A DNA stretch of 54,739 nucleotides from Alphaproteobacteria bacterium (GCA_028824965.1 JAPKBD010000001.1:1-54739), one strand, 5' to 3'. Counted from the stretch's first letter, positions 37,368 to 46,200 are shown. The notes: a model not told the origin generated them from the letters alone. Translations and numbers: made by a program.

Positions 37368-37849
37368 AGGTGGGCCTCCCGCATACGGGACGCGGCTAGC
37401 TGGATGGATTCAATGACCTGCACATAGCCGGTGCAGCGACAGATGTTGCCGCCGATGGCGTCCTTGATCTGTTCCAGGCTGGGGTCGTCATTGTCCACCA
37501 ACAAGGCCTGGGCGGAGATGATCATACCCGGTGTGCAATAACCGCATTGCATACCGTGGGCATCCTGAAATGCCGCCTGCAATAGGCCGGGGCTGCCGTC
37601 GTCTTGCGTCAAACCTTCAACGGTGGTGAGGGCGTGGCCATCAGCCTGCACCGCCAGCATCAAACAGGATCGGATGGGTACGCCGTCCAGCAGAATGGAA
37701 CAGGCACCGCAAACCCCGTGTTCACAGCCAATGTGAGTGCCGCTTAAACCCTGTTCCCCCCGCAGGAAGTCTGTCAGAGACAAGCGCGGTTCAATCTCCC
37801 GTGCGATGGCCTTACCATTAATTTGCAACTCTATTTGATGCTTACGCAC
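37364..37849 (-). CDS. [2Fe-2S]-binding small subunit of the Mo hydroxylase
   Basis: Both cluster motifs are present: GCEHGVCGACS and CGYCTPGMI ... CRCTGY. 161 aa. Confidence 0.93.
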   Translation of the reverse strand: MRKHQIELQINGKAIAREIEPRLSLTDFLRGEQGLSGTHIGCEHGVCGACSILLDGVPIRSCLMLAVQADGHALTTVEGLTQDDGSPGLLQAAFQDAHGMQCGYCTPGMIISAQALLVDNDDPSLEQIKDAIGGNICRCTGYVQVIESIQLAASRMREAHL

Positions 37850-38732
37850 GTTCAGCCTCCGCCAATGCTTCTAACAAGGCCCGTTCGCCCAGGACGGCCG
37901 CGACACGGCGTCGATAGGCAGCGCCTGCATGTTGATCGCCTCCAGGGCTGAGGGCATCGGCGATTTCCCCCAGGGCTGCGTGAATACCGCCTGGATCAAT
38001 CCGTCCACCGCGTAATTTTTCTTCCAGCTCTGTGATCCGTTTCGGCACGCCGTCGGCACCGCCGATGCCCAAGGCGACCTTGGTGGATGTGCCTGCACCA
38101 TCCAGTTCGATCACAGCGGCAGCAGCCACGACCGCGAAATCGCCCCGCAGTTCGCTGACCTCATGAAAGGCGGTGCCGGTGCGAACGCCTGTCTGTGCGG
38201 TTGGAAAATGCACGCTCAACAAAATCTCGTTGTCCGCCCGCGCGGTCATCATGGGGCCGAGGAAATAATCGACCATGGCCACGTCCCGCGTGCCCGCGAC
38301 ACTACGCAGACGAACATACGCATCCATGGTCAAGGCGGTCAGGGGAATTTCAGAGGCCGGGTCCGCATGTGACAGGCTGCCACCCACAGTTCCGCGGTTG
38401 CGGGTTTGTTGATGGCCCACATAGGCAATGGCTTTGGCTAACAGAGGCAACTGCGTCTGAATTATATCGGAAGCAAGGGCTGCCGCCTGGCGGGTACAGG
38501 CCTTAATCACCACTTCGTCACCATTCGCCGCACTGGCCACCTCGATACCGGATAATTCGGCTATCCGGTTGATGTCGATCACCGTTTCAGGGCGCGCCAG
38601 GCGCATGGACAACATGGGCATCAGGGTCTGACCGCCGGCAATGACAATCGCTTCACCATCTCCCTTGGCCAGAGCATCAACGACCTCGTCAACGGTCGCT
38701 GCCTGGATATAATCGAATTTCGCCGCCTTCAT
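37842..38732 (-). CDS. FAD-binding medium subunit of the Mo hydroxylase (CoxM-like)
   Basis: IAGGQTLMPML and NRGTVGGSLSHADP are FAD-binding PCMH motifs. The start at MKAAKFDY (38730-38732) has an AGGACGGA SD. The tracked start at 38753 is also possible. Confidence 0.88.
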   Translation of the reverse strand: MKAAKFDYIQAATVDEVVDALAKGDGEAIVIAGGQTLMPMLSMRLARPETVIDINRIAELSGIEVASAANGDEVVIKACTRQAAALASDIIQTQLPLLAKAIAYVGHQQTRNRGTVGGSLSHADPASEIPLTALTMDAYVRLRSVAGTRDVAMVDYFLGPMMTARADNEILLSVHFPTAQTGVRTGTAFHEVSELRGDFAVVAAAAVIELDGAGTSTKVALGIGGADGVPKRITELEEKLRGGRIDPGGIHAALGEIADALSPGGDQHAGAAYRRRVAAVLGERALLEALAEAERA

Positions 38733-38855
38733 TGAACCATCCGTCCTGACCATGTGGTGCCCCTACACTAACCATCATAGCGGACCTGCCAAGCCATGAT
38801 TGGCGCTGATCACTCTATTTGGCTATGTTTGGGGTGAAATTGAGGAGATACGCAC

Positions 38856-40154
38856 ATGCTTTCAGACGACATTGCCAAAGATATTCAGAATGCAGTGGAC
38901 CGTCGTTTCGATGATCAGGTGGATTTCACGGCGGCCCTGGTGAACTTCCCCTCCACCCGGGGAAACGAGGCGACGGCGCAAGACTTCATGGCGGAAGCTA
39001 TGGGTGACCGCGGCCTGACCGTGGATCGTTGGAAGCTGAACATTGACGATATCAAACATCTGCCGGGTTTTTCCCCGGTCTCCATCGACTATGACAACAG
39101 CTATAACGTGGTTGGTGCCTGGCGTCCGGAAAGTCCCGGACATAGTGGTGGTCAGAGCCTGATCCTGAACGGCCATATCGACGTGGTGCCTGAAGGCCCC
39201 CTGGATATGTGGGACAATCCGCCCTATCAGGCCCGACGTGATGGCAATCGCCTGTATGGCCGGGGCGCAGGCGATATGAAGGCGGGGCTGGTCAGTTGCC
39301 TGTACGCCTATGATGCACTGCTAGAGGCCGGATATCGCCCCGCCAACAACGTTTTCGTCCAATCCGTGATTGAGGAAGAATGCACCGGTAATGGCGCACT
39401 CGCCTGTCTGGCACGGGGCTATCACGCCGATGCGGCGATCATACCGGAGCCGGCAGGGGACATGCTCTATTCCGCGCAAACCGGCACCATCTGGCAGCAG
39501 ATTACCGTGAAGGGCCATCCTGTCCACGCATCCCGCGCCACGGAAGGCTTCAACGCCATCAAGGCGGCTTTTGTCCTGATCCAGGCCCTGGAAAAGCTGG
39601 AGGAAAAATGGAATGGGGAGAAAGATCAACACAAACATCATTGCGGCCATCGTCATCCCATAAACTTTAACATCGGCAAGATTGCAGGTGGTGACTGGCC
39701 GGCATCAGTGCCTGCCTGGTGCACCTTTGATCTGCGCGCCGCCATTTTTCCCGACGATGACATTCAACAGCGCGCCAAGGAGTTGGAGGATTGTATCCAA
39801 CAAGCCGCAGCCCAGGACCGCCATATGTCCAACCGTCCACCTGAGATCGTCTATCAAGGTTTCATGGCTGAGGGCTTCGCATTGGCGGATTTGGACAACG
39901 CCGCCGCACCTATCGCGTTGCTGGGTGAATGCCATGAACAGATTTACGGTACACCGTTGGAGGAACGAGCGGCCACAGGCACTACGGATGCGCGCTTTTT
40001 CGGGCTTTATACGAATACGCCCGCCTTGGTATATGGGCCGCGGGCCACGGACATACACGGCTTCAACGAATGGGTTGATCTGGAAAGCCTCCGCAAATCA
40101 ACCCAGACCATCGCCTTGTTCATGGCGAACTGGTGCGGCCTGGACAAGATATAG
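38856..40154 (+). CDS. M20-family metallopeptidase/deacylase (ArgE/DapE-like)
   Basis: LNGHIDVVPEG, GRGAGDMKAG and the VIEEECTGNG metal-ligand motifs. 432 aa. Confidence 0.88.
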   Translation: MLSDDIAKDIQNAVDRRFDDQVDFTAALVNFPSTRGNEATAQDFMAEAMGDRGLTVDRWKLNIDDIKHLPGFSPVSIDYDNSYNVVGAWRPESPGHSGGQSLILNGHIDVVPEGPLDMWDNPPYQARRDGNRLYGRGAGDMKAGLVSCLYAYDALLEAGYRPANNVFVQSVIEEECTGNGALACLARGYHADAAIIPEPAGDMLYSAQTGTIWQQITVKGHPVHASRATEGFNAIKAAFVLIQALEKLEEKWNGEKDQHKHHCGHRHPINFNIGKIAGGDWPASVPAWCTFDLRAAIFPDDDIQQRAKELEDCIQQAAAQDRHMSNRPPEIVYQGFMAEGFALADLDNAAAPIALLGECHEQIYGTPLEERAATGTTDARFFGLYTNTPALVYGPRATDIHGFNEWVDLESLRKSTQTIALFMANWCGLDKI

Positions 40155-40175
40155 AAGTTTGAGACGGGAAACCTC

Positions 40176-41570
40176 ATGACGCAGCAACCAAACTATTTCA
40201 ATCAATTCGATATGGCGGCCCTGACAGAGGAATTTCCCATTGGCCCGGAATTTCTGCGCCGGTTTGAGGCGATCAGCCGGGATGAGTTGCGCGCCTTACA
40301 GAATGGCCGCTTCACCAAGATGCTGGCCCAGGCCTGGAAAATTCCATTCTATCAACGCCTGTGGGGAGCCAAGGGGATAGAGGCGGGCGATATCAAAAGC
40401 CTGGACGACATCACCAAACTGCCCACGTTTGATAAATCAGACATTATGGACTCCATCGCGGCCAACCCACCTTTTGGCGATTTTCATGGCATGGAGACCT
40501 ACCCAGACGGCGAACGTCCCCCCGTCATCGTGCATACAACGTCAGGCACCACGGGACGGCCGCAGGTGTTGATGTATGGCCCCCGAAGCCGGGAAATCCA
40601 GAACCTGTTGGTGGCGCGGACCTATCTATTACAGGGCCTGCGCCCCGACGACGTGGTGCATTCCGTTTATGGCCACGGCATGGTCAACGGCGGCCATTAT
40701 ATTCGCGAGGCGGTGGTGCATTGGACAAATTCGATTTTCCTACCCGCCGGTACGGGGGTGGAAACCCGGTCGGTACAACAGGTCCATCAGATGAAGGATT
40801 TTGGCGTCACGACCTTGGTCGGCTTTGCCGATTATATTAAGCGCCTGGCGGACGTGGCCCGCGAGGAGGGGTTGGAGCCCGGCGTTGATATCAAAATCCG
40901 CATGATTTCAGGCCATATGGGGCGGGAGGATAATATCATCCTGTCAGAGGCCTGGGGCGGGGCCAGTATTTATGATTGGTACGGCGTCGGTGATACCGGC
41001 CTGATCGCCGGTGAGGGGCCGGAAAAACAAGGCCTTTACGTCATGGAAGACGCCCAGTATCTGGAAATTTGTGACATCGACACGGGCCTGCCCGTAGCGG
41101 ACGGCAGCAACGGCGATATGGTCAGCACCGTGCTGTTCAAGGACGATATCTATCCCATCATCCGCTTTAACACCCATGATGTTTCCGCCATGTGCACGGA
41201 CACAGCACCATCCGCCCTGAACCTACAGCGTATGGAAGGTTTTCTGGGCCGCAGCGACAATATGGTCAAGCTGCGGGGTATCAACGTCTTTCCCCAGGCC
41301 ATCGGCGGCATGGTCGCGGATCGTCGGGAGTTTAATGGAGAGTTCATCTGCAAGGTTCAGCGCGATAACGCGGGCCGGGACGAAATGACCGTAACCTTTG
41401 AGGTTAAGGGGGGCGGTAACGATAATCTGGCCCAGGAATATCAGGATATCCTGCGTCGTAAAGCCGGCGTCGCGGTCGCAGTCAGCTTTGCCGAACCCGG
41501 CAGCCTGGCCGAGCTTACCGGCGTCGAAACCCGACAAAAACCCATACGCTTGATCGACGAACGCTTCTAA
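40176..41570 (+). CDS. Phenylacetate-CoA-ligase-family (PaaK/F390-synthetase-like) adenylating enzyme
   Basis: HTTSGTTGRPQV P-loop, YGVGDTG, and a small C-terminal domain. 464 aa. Confidence 0.85.
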   Translation: MTQQPNYFNQFDMAALTEEFPIGPEFLRRFEAISRDELRALQNGRFTKMLAQAWKIPFYQRLWGAKGIEAGDIKSLDDITKLPTFDKSDIMDSIAANPPFGDFHGMETYPDGERPPVIVHTTSGTTGRPQVLMYGPRSREIQNLLVARTYLLQGLRPDDVVHSVYGHGMVNGGHYIREAVVHWTNSIFLPAGTGVETRSVQQVHQMKDFGVTTLVGFADYIKRLADVAREEGLEPGVDIKIRMISGHMGREDNIILSEAWGGASIYDWYGVGDTGLIAGEGPEKQGLYVMEDAQYLEICDIDTGLPVADGSNGDMVSTVLFKDDIYPIIRFNTHDVSAMCTDTAPSALNLQRMEGFLGRSDNMVKLRGINVFPQAIGGMVADRREFNGEFICKVQRDNAGRDEMTVTFEVKGGGNDNLAQEYQDILRRKAGVAVAVSFAEPGSLAELTGVETRQKPIRLIDERF

Positions 41571-41580
41571 AGACGAAAAA

Positions 41581-41609
41581 GGCGGCGGCACCAATATGGT
41601 ACCGCCGCC
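41581..41609. terminator. Bidirectional intrinsic terminator between convergent genes
   Basis: GGCGGCGGCACC-aatat-GGTACCGCCGCC (11 of 12 paired), flanked by A5 upstream and AAATTTATT downstream. This gives a U-tract on either strand. Confidence 0.6.
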
Positions 41610-41634
41610 AAATTTATTATGCTGTGGTCTTAGA

Positions 41635-43125
41635 TTATTTCCAGGACACCGCAGCCATATCGTTGACGAACATCGGTGAATTTGTCCAGATGCCCATCAG
41701 GCCTTTGCGTTTCGCGGTGGTTTTCGCACCTTGGAACAGGAAGCCATTGACCGCATCGTTGGCCAGCTTTCTCTGGGCCATCTTCAAATATTTCGAACGC
41801 ATGGCAGGATCACGGGCACCATCGGCCTTGGCGATCATGTCATTAAATTCCGCGTTCTCGTACTGGAAGTAATAGCCGGGCCGGGCATAAATGCCGATAT
41901 CCATGGGCTCTACATGCATGACGATGGACAGGTCATAATTCTTTTGCTTGTAGACCTGTTTCAGCCAGACAGCCCATTCGACATTTTCGATGGTGATCTT
42001 GAAACCAGCCTTGTTCAACTGCTGCGCCAGAATTTGACCGCCGTCCCGGGCATAGTCGGTGGGCGGCAATTTCAGGGACAGAGCCAAGCCGTCACCATAA
42101 CCCGCCTCGGCCAACAGTGCCTTGGATTTGGCCCGATCCAGGGGATAGGTCCCGGTCAAGTCAAGGTAGTCCGGATTATGAGGGGCGAAATGGCTGCCGA
42201 TAGGCGTGCCCGCACCGTGCCGGGCGCCTTCGATAAGCTCTTTACGGTCGATGGCGTGAGCAATGGCTTGGCGTACTTTCAGTTTCGACAACGCCGGGTG
42301 TTTGTTGTTGGTGGACAAAATGGTCTCACCTTCGGAGGTGCCTGTTGTAATGACAAAATCAGAACTCGAGGCCAGCGGGGAGAGGCTGGGACCGGCTGTG
42401 GCAAAAGGCATCATATCCAAGTCGCCCGCCAGCATAGCGGCCACTTGTGCCGATTCATCGTTGATGAAGCGGAATTTTAATTTTGACAGTTTGACAGACG
42501 ATGCACCGCGATAGGAGGCATCTTTTTCCATCAAAACGCTATCGCCCTTTACCCAGCGAATGAACTTAAACGGGCCAGTACCCACGGGCTTGGTGGCGTT
42601 GGTGGCAGCAGACTCTTTGCCAACAATGACAGCCGTAGCTTCACCCATGTAGTTGAGGAATGTGGGCCGCGCCTTTTTCAAGGTGATCTGCACCGTGTGG
42701 TCATTCGGCGTTTCGATCTTGGCCATGTTGACGAAGCGTTTCTTGCGCTTGATCTTGCTGTCGTCCGCCGCATTGGCCATGAACGTATCTTTCACATCGG
42801 CAGATGTGAAAGCCGTGCCGTCGTGGAACTTAACGCCCTGGACCAGATCAAAGGTATAGACGAGGCCGTCATCGGAGATCGTCCAGCTTTTCGCCAGCAT
42901 GGGACTGACGGTGGAGTCTTCGTTGATGCGAGTCAGGGTCTCATAGATGTTGTACAGCGCGATCTGGCCGATCGCCGCTGCTGGGTTGGAGCGGGGGTCG
43001 AGCCCAGGCGGTTCCAGCCGCATACCGATATTGACGGAATCCTTGGCTGCCATTGCGGCCCCGAATGGCAGCACCGCAATGGCAGCGACGGCTGTGGCAT
43101 AAATAAGTTTCTTGGCTATGGTCAT
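41635..43125 (-). CDS. ABC-transporter substrate-binding protein, family 5 (peptide/nickel/opine type); no cognate permease or ATPase in the window
   Basis: Signal peptide MTIAKKLIYATAVAAIAVLPFGAAMA. Family-5 SBP motifs (YNIYETLTRIN, KFHDG, GTGPFKF). Confidence 0.88.
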   Translation of the reverse strand: MTIAKKLIYATAVAAIAVLPFGAAMAAKDSVNIGMRLEPPGLDPRSNPAAAIGQIALYNIYETLTRINEDSTVSPMLAKSWTISDDGLVYTFDLVQGVKFHDGTAFTSADVKDTFMANAADDSKIKRKKRFVNMAKIETPNDHTVQITLKKARPTFLNYMGEATAVIVGKESAATNATKPVGTGPFKFIRWVKGDSVLMEKDASYRGASSVKLSKLKFRFINDESAQVAAMLAGDLDMMPFATAGPSLSPLASSSDFVITTGTSEGETILSTNNKHPALSKLKVRQAIAHAIDRKELIEGARHGAGTPIGSHFAPHNPDYLDLTGTYPLDRAKSKALLAEAGYGDGLALSLKLPPTDYARDGGQILAQQLNKAGFKITIENVEWAVWLKQVYKQKNYDLSIVMHVEPMDIGIYARPGYYFQYENAEFNDMIAKADGARDPAMRSKYLKMAQRKLANDAVNGFLFQGAKTTAKRKGLMGIWTNSPMFVNDMAAVSWK

Positions 43126-43194
43126 TTGTCTTCCTCCCTGTGGAGACGTTTGATGGCAAAGCGTTGGTCGTATGTACAGAACTTGGAAATGATG

Positions 43195-44247
43195 TTAACC
43201 CGTCTTGGGGCCATCGGCAAAGGCATCTGAATGGCTTTCCCTATAACTGAGAAAATCCCCTAGTGCATCCGCCTCAAATACGGAGCGCCCGATGGCCCTG
43301 GTCAAACAATCGGCGGCAAGCGCGCCGATGTGCGAAACAGAGCGTATGGCCGGTTCGGGCAGTGGCATTTTTGTCGTCGAAAGGGCGAAAACAACATCCC
43401 CATCGAACGGTGTGTGAATGGGACGAATGGCCCGCGCCATACCGTCGTGGGCCATCATAGCGACCCGCTTTGCCTGGGCTTTCGTCAGGCAGGCATTGGT
43501 GGCAACCACGGCCAGGGTTGTGTTGTTGCCCGGTTGCCCCGTGTCTTTGTCTGTAAACGCGTCTGAAGAGTCTGCCAATTCATCATCTATATGACTGGCC
43601 CGGCCCGGCGGGTGCTGTTGGCCCATTTCGCCGTTCTGTTCCAGGGCCCATGACCATAAGGTCCCGCCACCTGGTATCAATGTTGAACCAAATGGATTGG
43701 TCACCACCAGGGCGGCAACCTGCACACCATCATCACTTACCGCAGACGCACTGCCCAGGCCCGCCTTTATTGGTCCGGCGAAGGCACCCATCCCGGCACC
43801 CACATTGCCAAGTGCGAAATCCCGGCCCGCATTTTCACAAGCCACGCGCGCCAGATCGTTATAGGCCGGGCAAGTGCCCCAATTCATCTCTCCACCCATG
43901 CCCAGATCATTGATGATGGCACCGGGCACGATGGGTAAGCGCCAACCGTTTAGGGAAAACCCGCGGTCGTTCTCATACAGCCAGCGCACAACCGCATCGC
44001 CTGATGTCAGGCCATGGACGGAGCCGCCCGACAAACAGACCGCATCAATGCGTTCGATCATGCAGGTGGGATCCAGCAAATCCGTCTCCCGCGTGCCGGG
44101 TGCTGCACCGCGCACATCGCCGGAGGCGACAGCGCCGTCCTCCACCATCACTACGGTCACCCCGGACCGGGCCGCAAAGTCGGCGGCATTGCCCACGGTC
44201 AGGCCATCAACATCGGTCAGCAGGTTTCGGGGGCCAGGTTTGATCAT
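43195..44247 (-). CDS. P1/S58-family (DmpA/BapA-like) aminopeptidase
   Basis: MIKPGPRNLLTDVDGLTVGNA ... GGSVHGL ... GNNTTLAVVATNA is the self-processing Ntn-type DmpA pattern. ATG at 44245-44247 (minus strand). The tracked start at 44304 adds 19 aa. Confidence 0.85.
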   Translation of the reverse strand: MIKPGPRNLLTDVDGLTVGNAADFAARSGVTVVMVEDGAVASGDVRGAAPGTRETDLLDPTCMIERIDAVCLSGGSVHGLTSGDAVVRWLYENDRGFSLNGWRLPIVPGAIINDLGMGGEMNWGTCPAYNDLARVACENAGRDFALGNVGAGMGAFAGPIKAGLGSASAVSDDGVQVAALVVTNPFGSTLIPGGGTLWSWALEQNGEMGQQHPPGRASHIDDELADSSDAFTDKDTGQPGNNTTLAVVATNACLTKAQAKRVAMMAHDGMARAIRPIHTPFDGDVVFALSTTKMPLPEPAIRSVSHIGALAADCLTRAIGRSVFEADALGDFLSYRESHSDAFADGPKTG

Positions 44248-44363
44248 TTTTTTCTTATCGTAATTGCAACAAATCCGGAGGGACGGTACGCCCCAGTGCA
44301 CCATCGGTCAATAACCTGCCGACCTATCGGTCAGGAACTTGCCGGTCTGGATCTGAGCCATAG

Positions 44364-44392
44364 TTGACAGTTTTGCAAGAACGGTCTACATA
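44364..44392 (+). promoter_or_regulatory. Putative sigma70-type promoter of the Rrf2/NDH-2 operon
   Basis: TTGACA (44364-44369), a 17-18 nt spacer, then TACATA/CATAAC (44387-44394). It lies about 25 nt upstream of the start codon. Confidence 0.4.
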
Positions 44393-44416
44393 ACTACGAC
44401 TAATTTAATCGGAGTT
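44392..44416. promoter_or_regulatory. 11-3-11 inverted repeat, candidate Rrf2 autoregulatory operator overlapping the SD
   Basis: AACTACGACTA-att-TAATCGGAGTT has 9 of 11 complementary positions. The core GACTAATTTAATC resembles the Rrf2/IscR-type GACTRWWWYAGTC. Confidence 0.5.
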
Positions 44417-44417
44417 T

Positions 44418-44966
44418 ATGATGAGTCAATTTGGCAGCGCCGTCGAATACGCCCTCCATTGCATATTGTATTTGGCCCGGATGGAGGGGACGGAGGAAGG
44501 GGTCGCACGCAGCACACGTGATATCGCGGAGTTTCAAAACCTTTCCACAGATTACGTCGCAAAGCTATTTACCCGTATGGAAAAAGCCGGCCTGGTCACG
44601 GCGACCGAAGGCGTTCGTGGCGGCTTCCGTCTGGCCCGCGAGGCAGAGGATATTTCGGTCCTGGACGTGGTGGATGCAGTCGAAGGGCCCAAACCGTTGT
44701 TCCAATGCCGTGATATCCGTGCCAATTGCGTCTTATTCGACGGTAAGCGACCCAGTTGGTCCAGCAATGGCGTTTGCGGTATTCACGCGGTGATGTTGCA
44801 GGCCGATGCCGCCATGCGGGATAGTCTGGCGCAAAACAACTTGGCGCAGTTGACCCATCACGTGATCGACGTCGTGCCCCTGGCGCACCAAAAGGCGACC
44901 CACAATTGGTTTGAAGAACGTGGTGCTGCCCGTGGGCAAAGCCACCGCGCCCAGAATGAAAGATAG
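44418..44966 (+). CDS. Rrf2-family transcriptional regulator (possibly RsrR-like Fe-S redox sensor)
   Basis: The Rrf2 wHTH is present (AVEYALHCILYL ... STDYVAKLFTRMEKAGLV ... RGGFRLAR). There are Cys at 97, 104 and 120 (FQCRDIRANC...GVCGIH) plus an N-terminal E-x3-H. Confidence 0.88.
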   Translation: MMSQFGSAVEYALHCILYLARMEGTEEGVARSTRDIAEFQNLSTDYVAKLFTRMEKAGLVTATEGVRGGFRLAREAEDISVLDVVDAVEGPKPLFQCRDIRANCVLFDGKRPSWSSNGVCGIHAVMLQADAAMRDSLAQNNLAQLTHHVIDVVPLAHQKATHNWFEERGAARGQSHRAQNER

Positions 44967-44970
44967 AACG

Positions 44971-46200
44971 ATGCCAAATTTACTGATTGTCGGCGGTGGT
45001 TATGCAGGTCTGTGGGCGGCAATGGCGGCGGCGCGGCGGGCGGCGGATGCCAACGAAGCTCTGAATATTCGCCTGCTGTCGAAAGACCCCTATCTGACCC
45101 ACCGCCCCCGCCTTTATGAACGAAACCCGCAAGATATGCGTTCCGCCCTGGCCCCTGTTCTTGCGCCTATAGATGTGGATCTAGCATTGGGTACGGTGAC
45201 GGCCATCGACCCGGTCCGGCAGCAAGTTCAGGCCACTGGCGAGGATGGCGCAGCCCATACCTATGACTACGACGCATTGATCCTGGCGGCGGGCAGTGTC
45301 CTTCGTCCGCCCCCCATCAACGTTGCGAAAGGCCGGACCTGGAGTGTGGATAGCATGTCCGCAGCCATTGCCCTGGATCAACAACTGAAGCAGATCATGG
45401 ACGGGTCAGACAGCCCAACAGTGGTGATCATCGGTGCAGGCTTCACAGGGATAGAGCTGGCAACGGAAATGCGCAGTCGGCTGGCGGAACATGGCCCTAC
45501 GGACTGGGCGGACCGGGCCGGGGCCGCGCGGGTTATCCTGGCCGATGCCGCAGCTACGGTCAGTCCGGACCTGGGCCCAGGGCCGCGTCCGCATATTCTG
45601 GAGGCATTGGAGGCGGCAGGCGTAGAGGTCCGCCTGAACACCACAGTGACCGCCATTGACGGCGAACGGGTAAGCCTGGGCGATGGCGAAAAATTGACCT
45701 CCCGCGCCGTCATTGTCACGACGGGGGCCCAGGCCAATAGCCTGGCCGGTCAGCTGGCCACCGCCCTGAACCTGAAGACGGACCCATCAGGCCGCTTGAT
45801 GGTTGATGAAGATCTGGCCGTGATCGGTGCCCAGAGTATTTTTGCTGCCGGTGATATTGCCCATGCCATGACCGATCCCGGAAGTAAAAACGGAAATGAC
45901 GACGGAAACGGTGCCCATCCAGCATTGATGTCCTGTCAGCACGCCATGCCTATGGGCAAGTTCGCCGGCCACAATGCAGCGGCCCACCTTTTGGGCCATG
46001 ATATGACGCCGTATGAACAAACCCGCTATGTCACCTGCCTGGACCTGGGCCCCTGGGGCGCTGTCTTCACCACGGGTTGGGACCGGCAGGTGGAAATGAC
46101 CGGCGCGGAGGCCAAGGCCCGCAAACAATTCATTATGAACGAGGTGATTTACCCGCCCAGCAACGACCGCACGGCGATCCTGGAAGCCGGGGGTCTTTAA
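44971..46200 (+). CDS. NAD(P)/FAD-dependent oxidoreductase, type II NADH dehydrogenase (NDH-2)-like
   Basis: ATG 44971 lies 4 nt after the Rrf2 stop. There are two dinucleotide folds (LIVGGGYAGLWAA; VVIIGAGFTGIELA) and AAGDIA. Confidence 0.82.
   Translation: MPNLLIVGGGYAGLWAAMAAARRAADANEALNIRLLSKDPYLTHRPRLYERNPQDMRSALAPVLAPIDVDLALGTVTAIDPVRQQVQATGEDGAAHTYDYDALILAAGSVLRPPPINVAKGRTWSVDSMSAAIALDQQLKQIMDGSDSPTVVIIGAGFTGIELATEMRSRLAEHGPTDWADRAGAARVILADAAATVSPDLGPGPRPHILEALEAAGVEVRLNTTVTAIDGERVSLGDGEKLTSRAVIVTTGAQANSLAGQLATALNLKTDPSGRLMVDEDLAVIGAQSIFAAGDIAHAMTDPGSKNGNDDGNGAHPALMSCQHAMPMGKFAGHNAAAHLLGHDMTPYEQTRYVTCLDLGPWGAVFTTGWDRQVEMTGAEAKARKQFIMNEVIYPPSNDRTAILEAGGL

Noticed and set aside
34941-38732. 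Calling the three-subunit Mo enzyme an aerobic carbon-monoxide dehydrogenase (coxMSL).
   Set aside because: The large subunit shows VPVRGFGQAP at the active-site loop rather than the CODH AYxCSFR (form I) or AYRGAGR (form II) signatures. No coxDEFG-type accessory genes are present. The context is aromatic or heterocycle catabolism.
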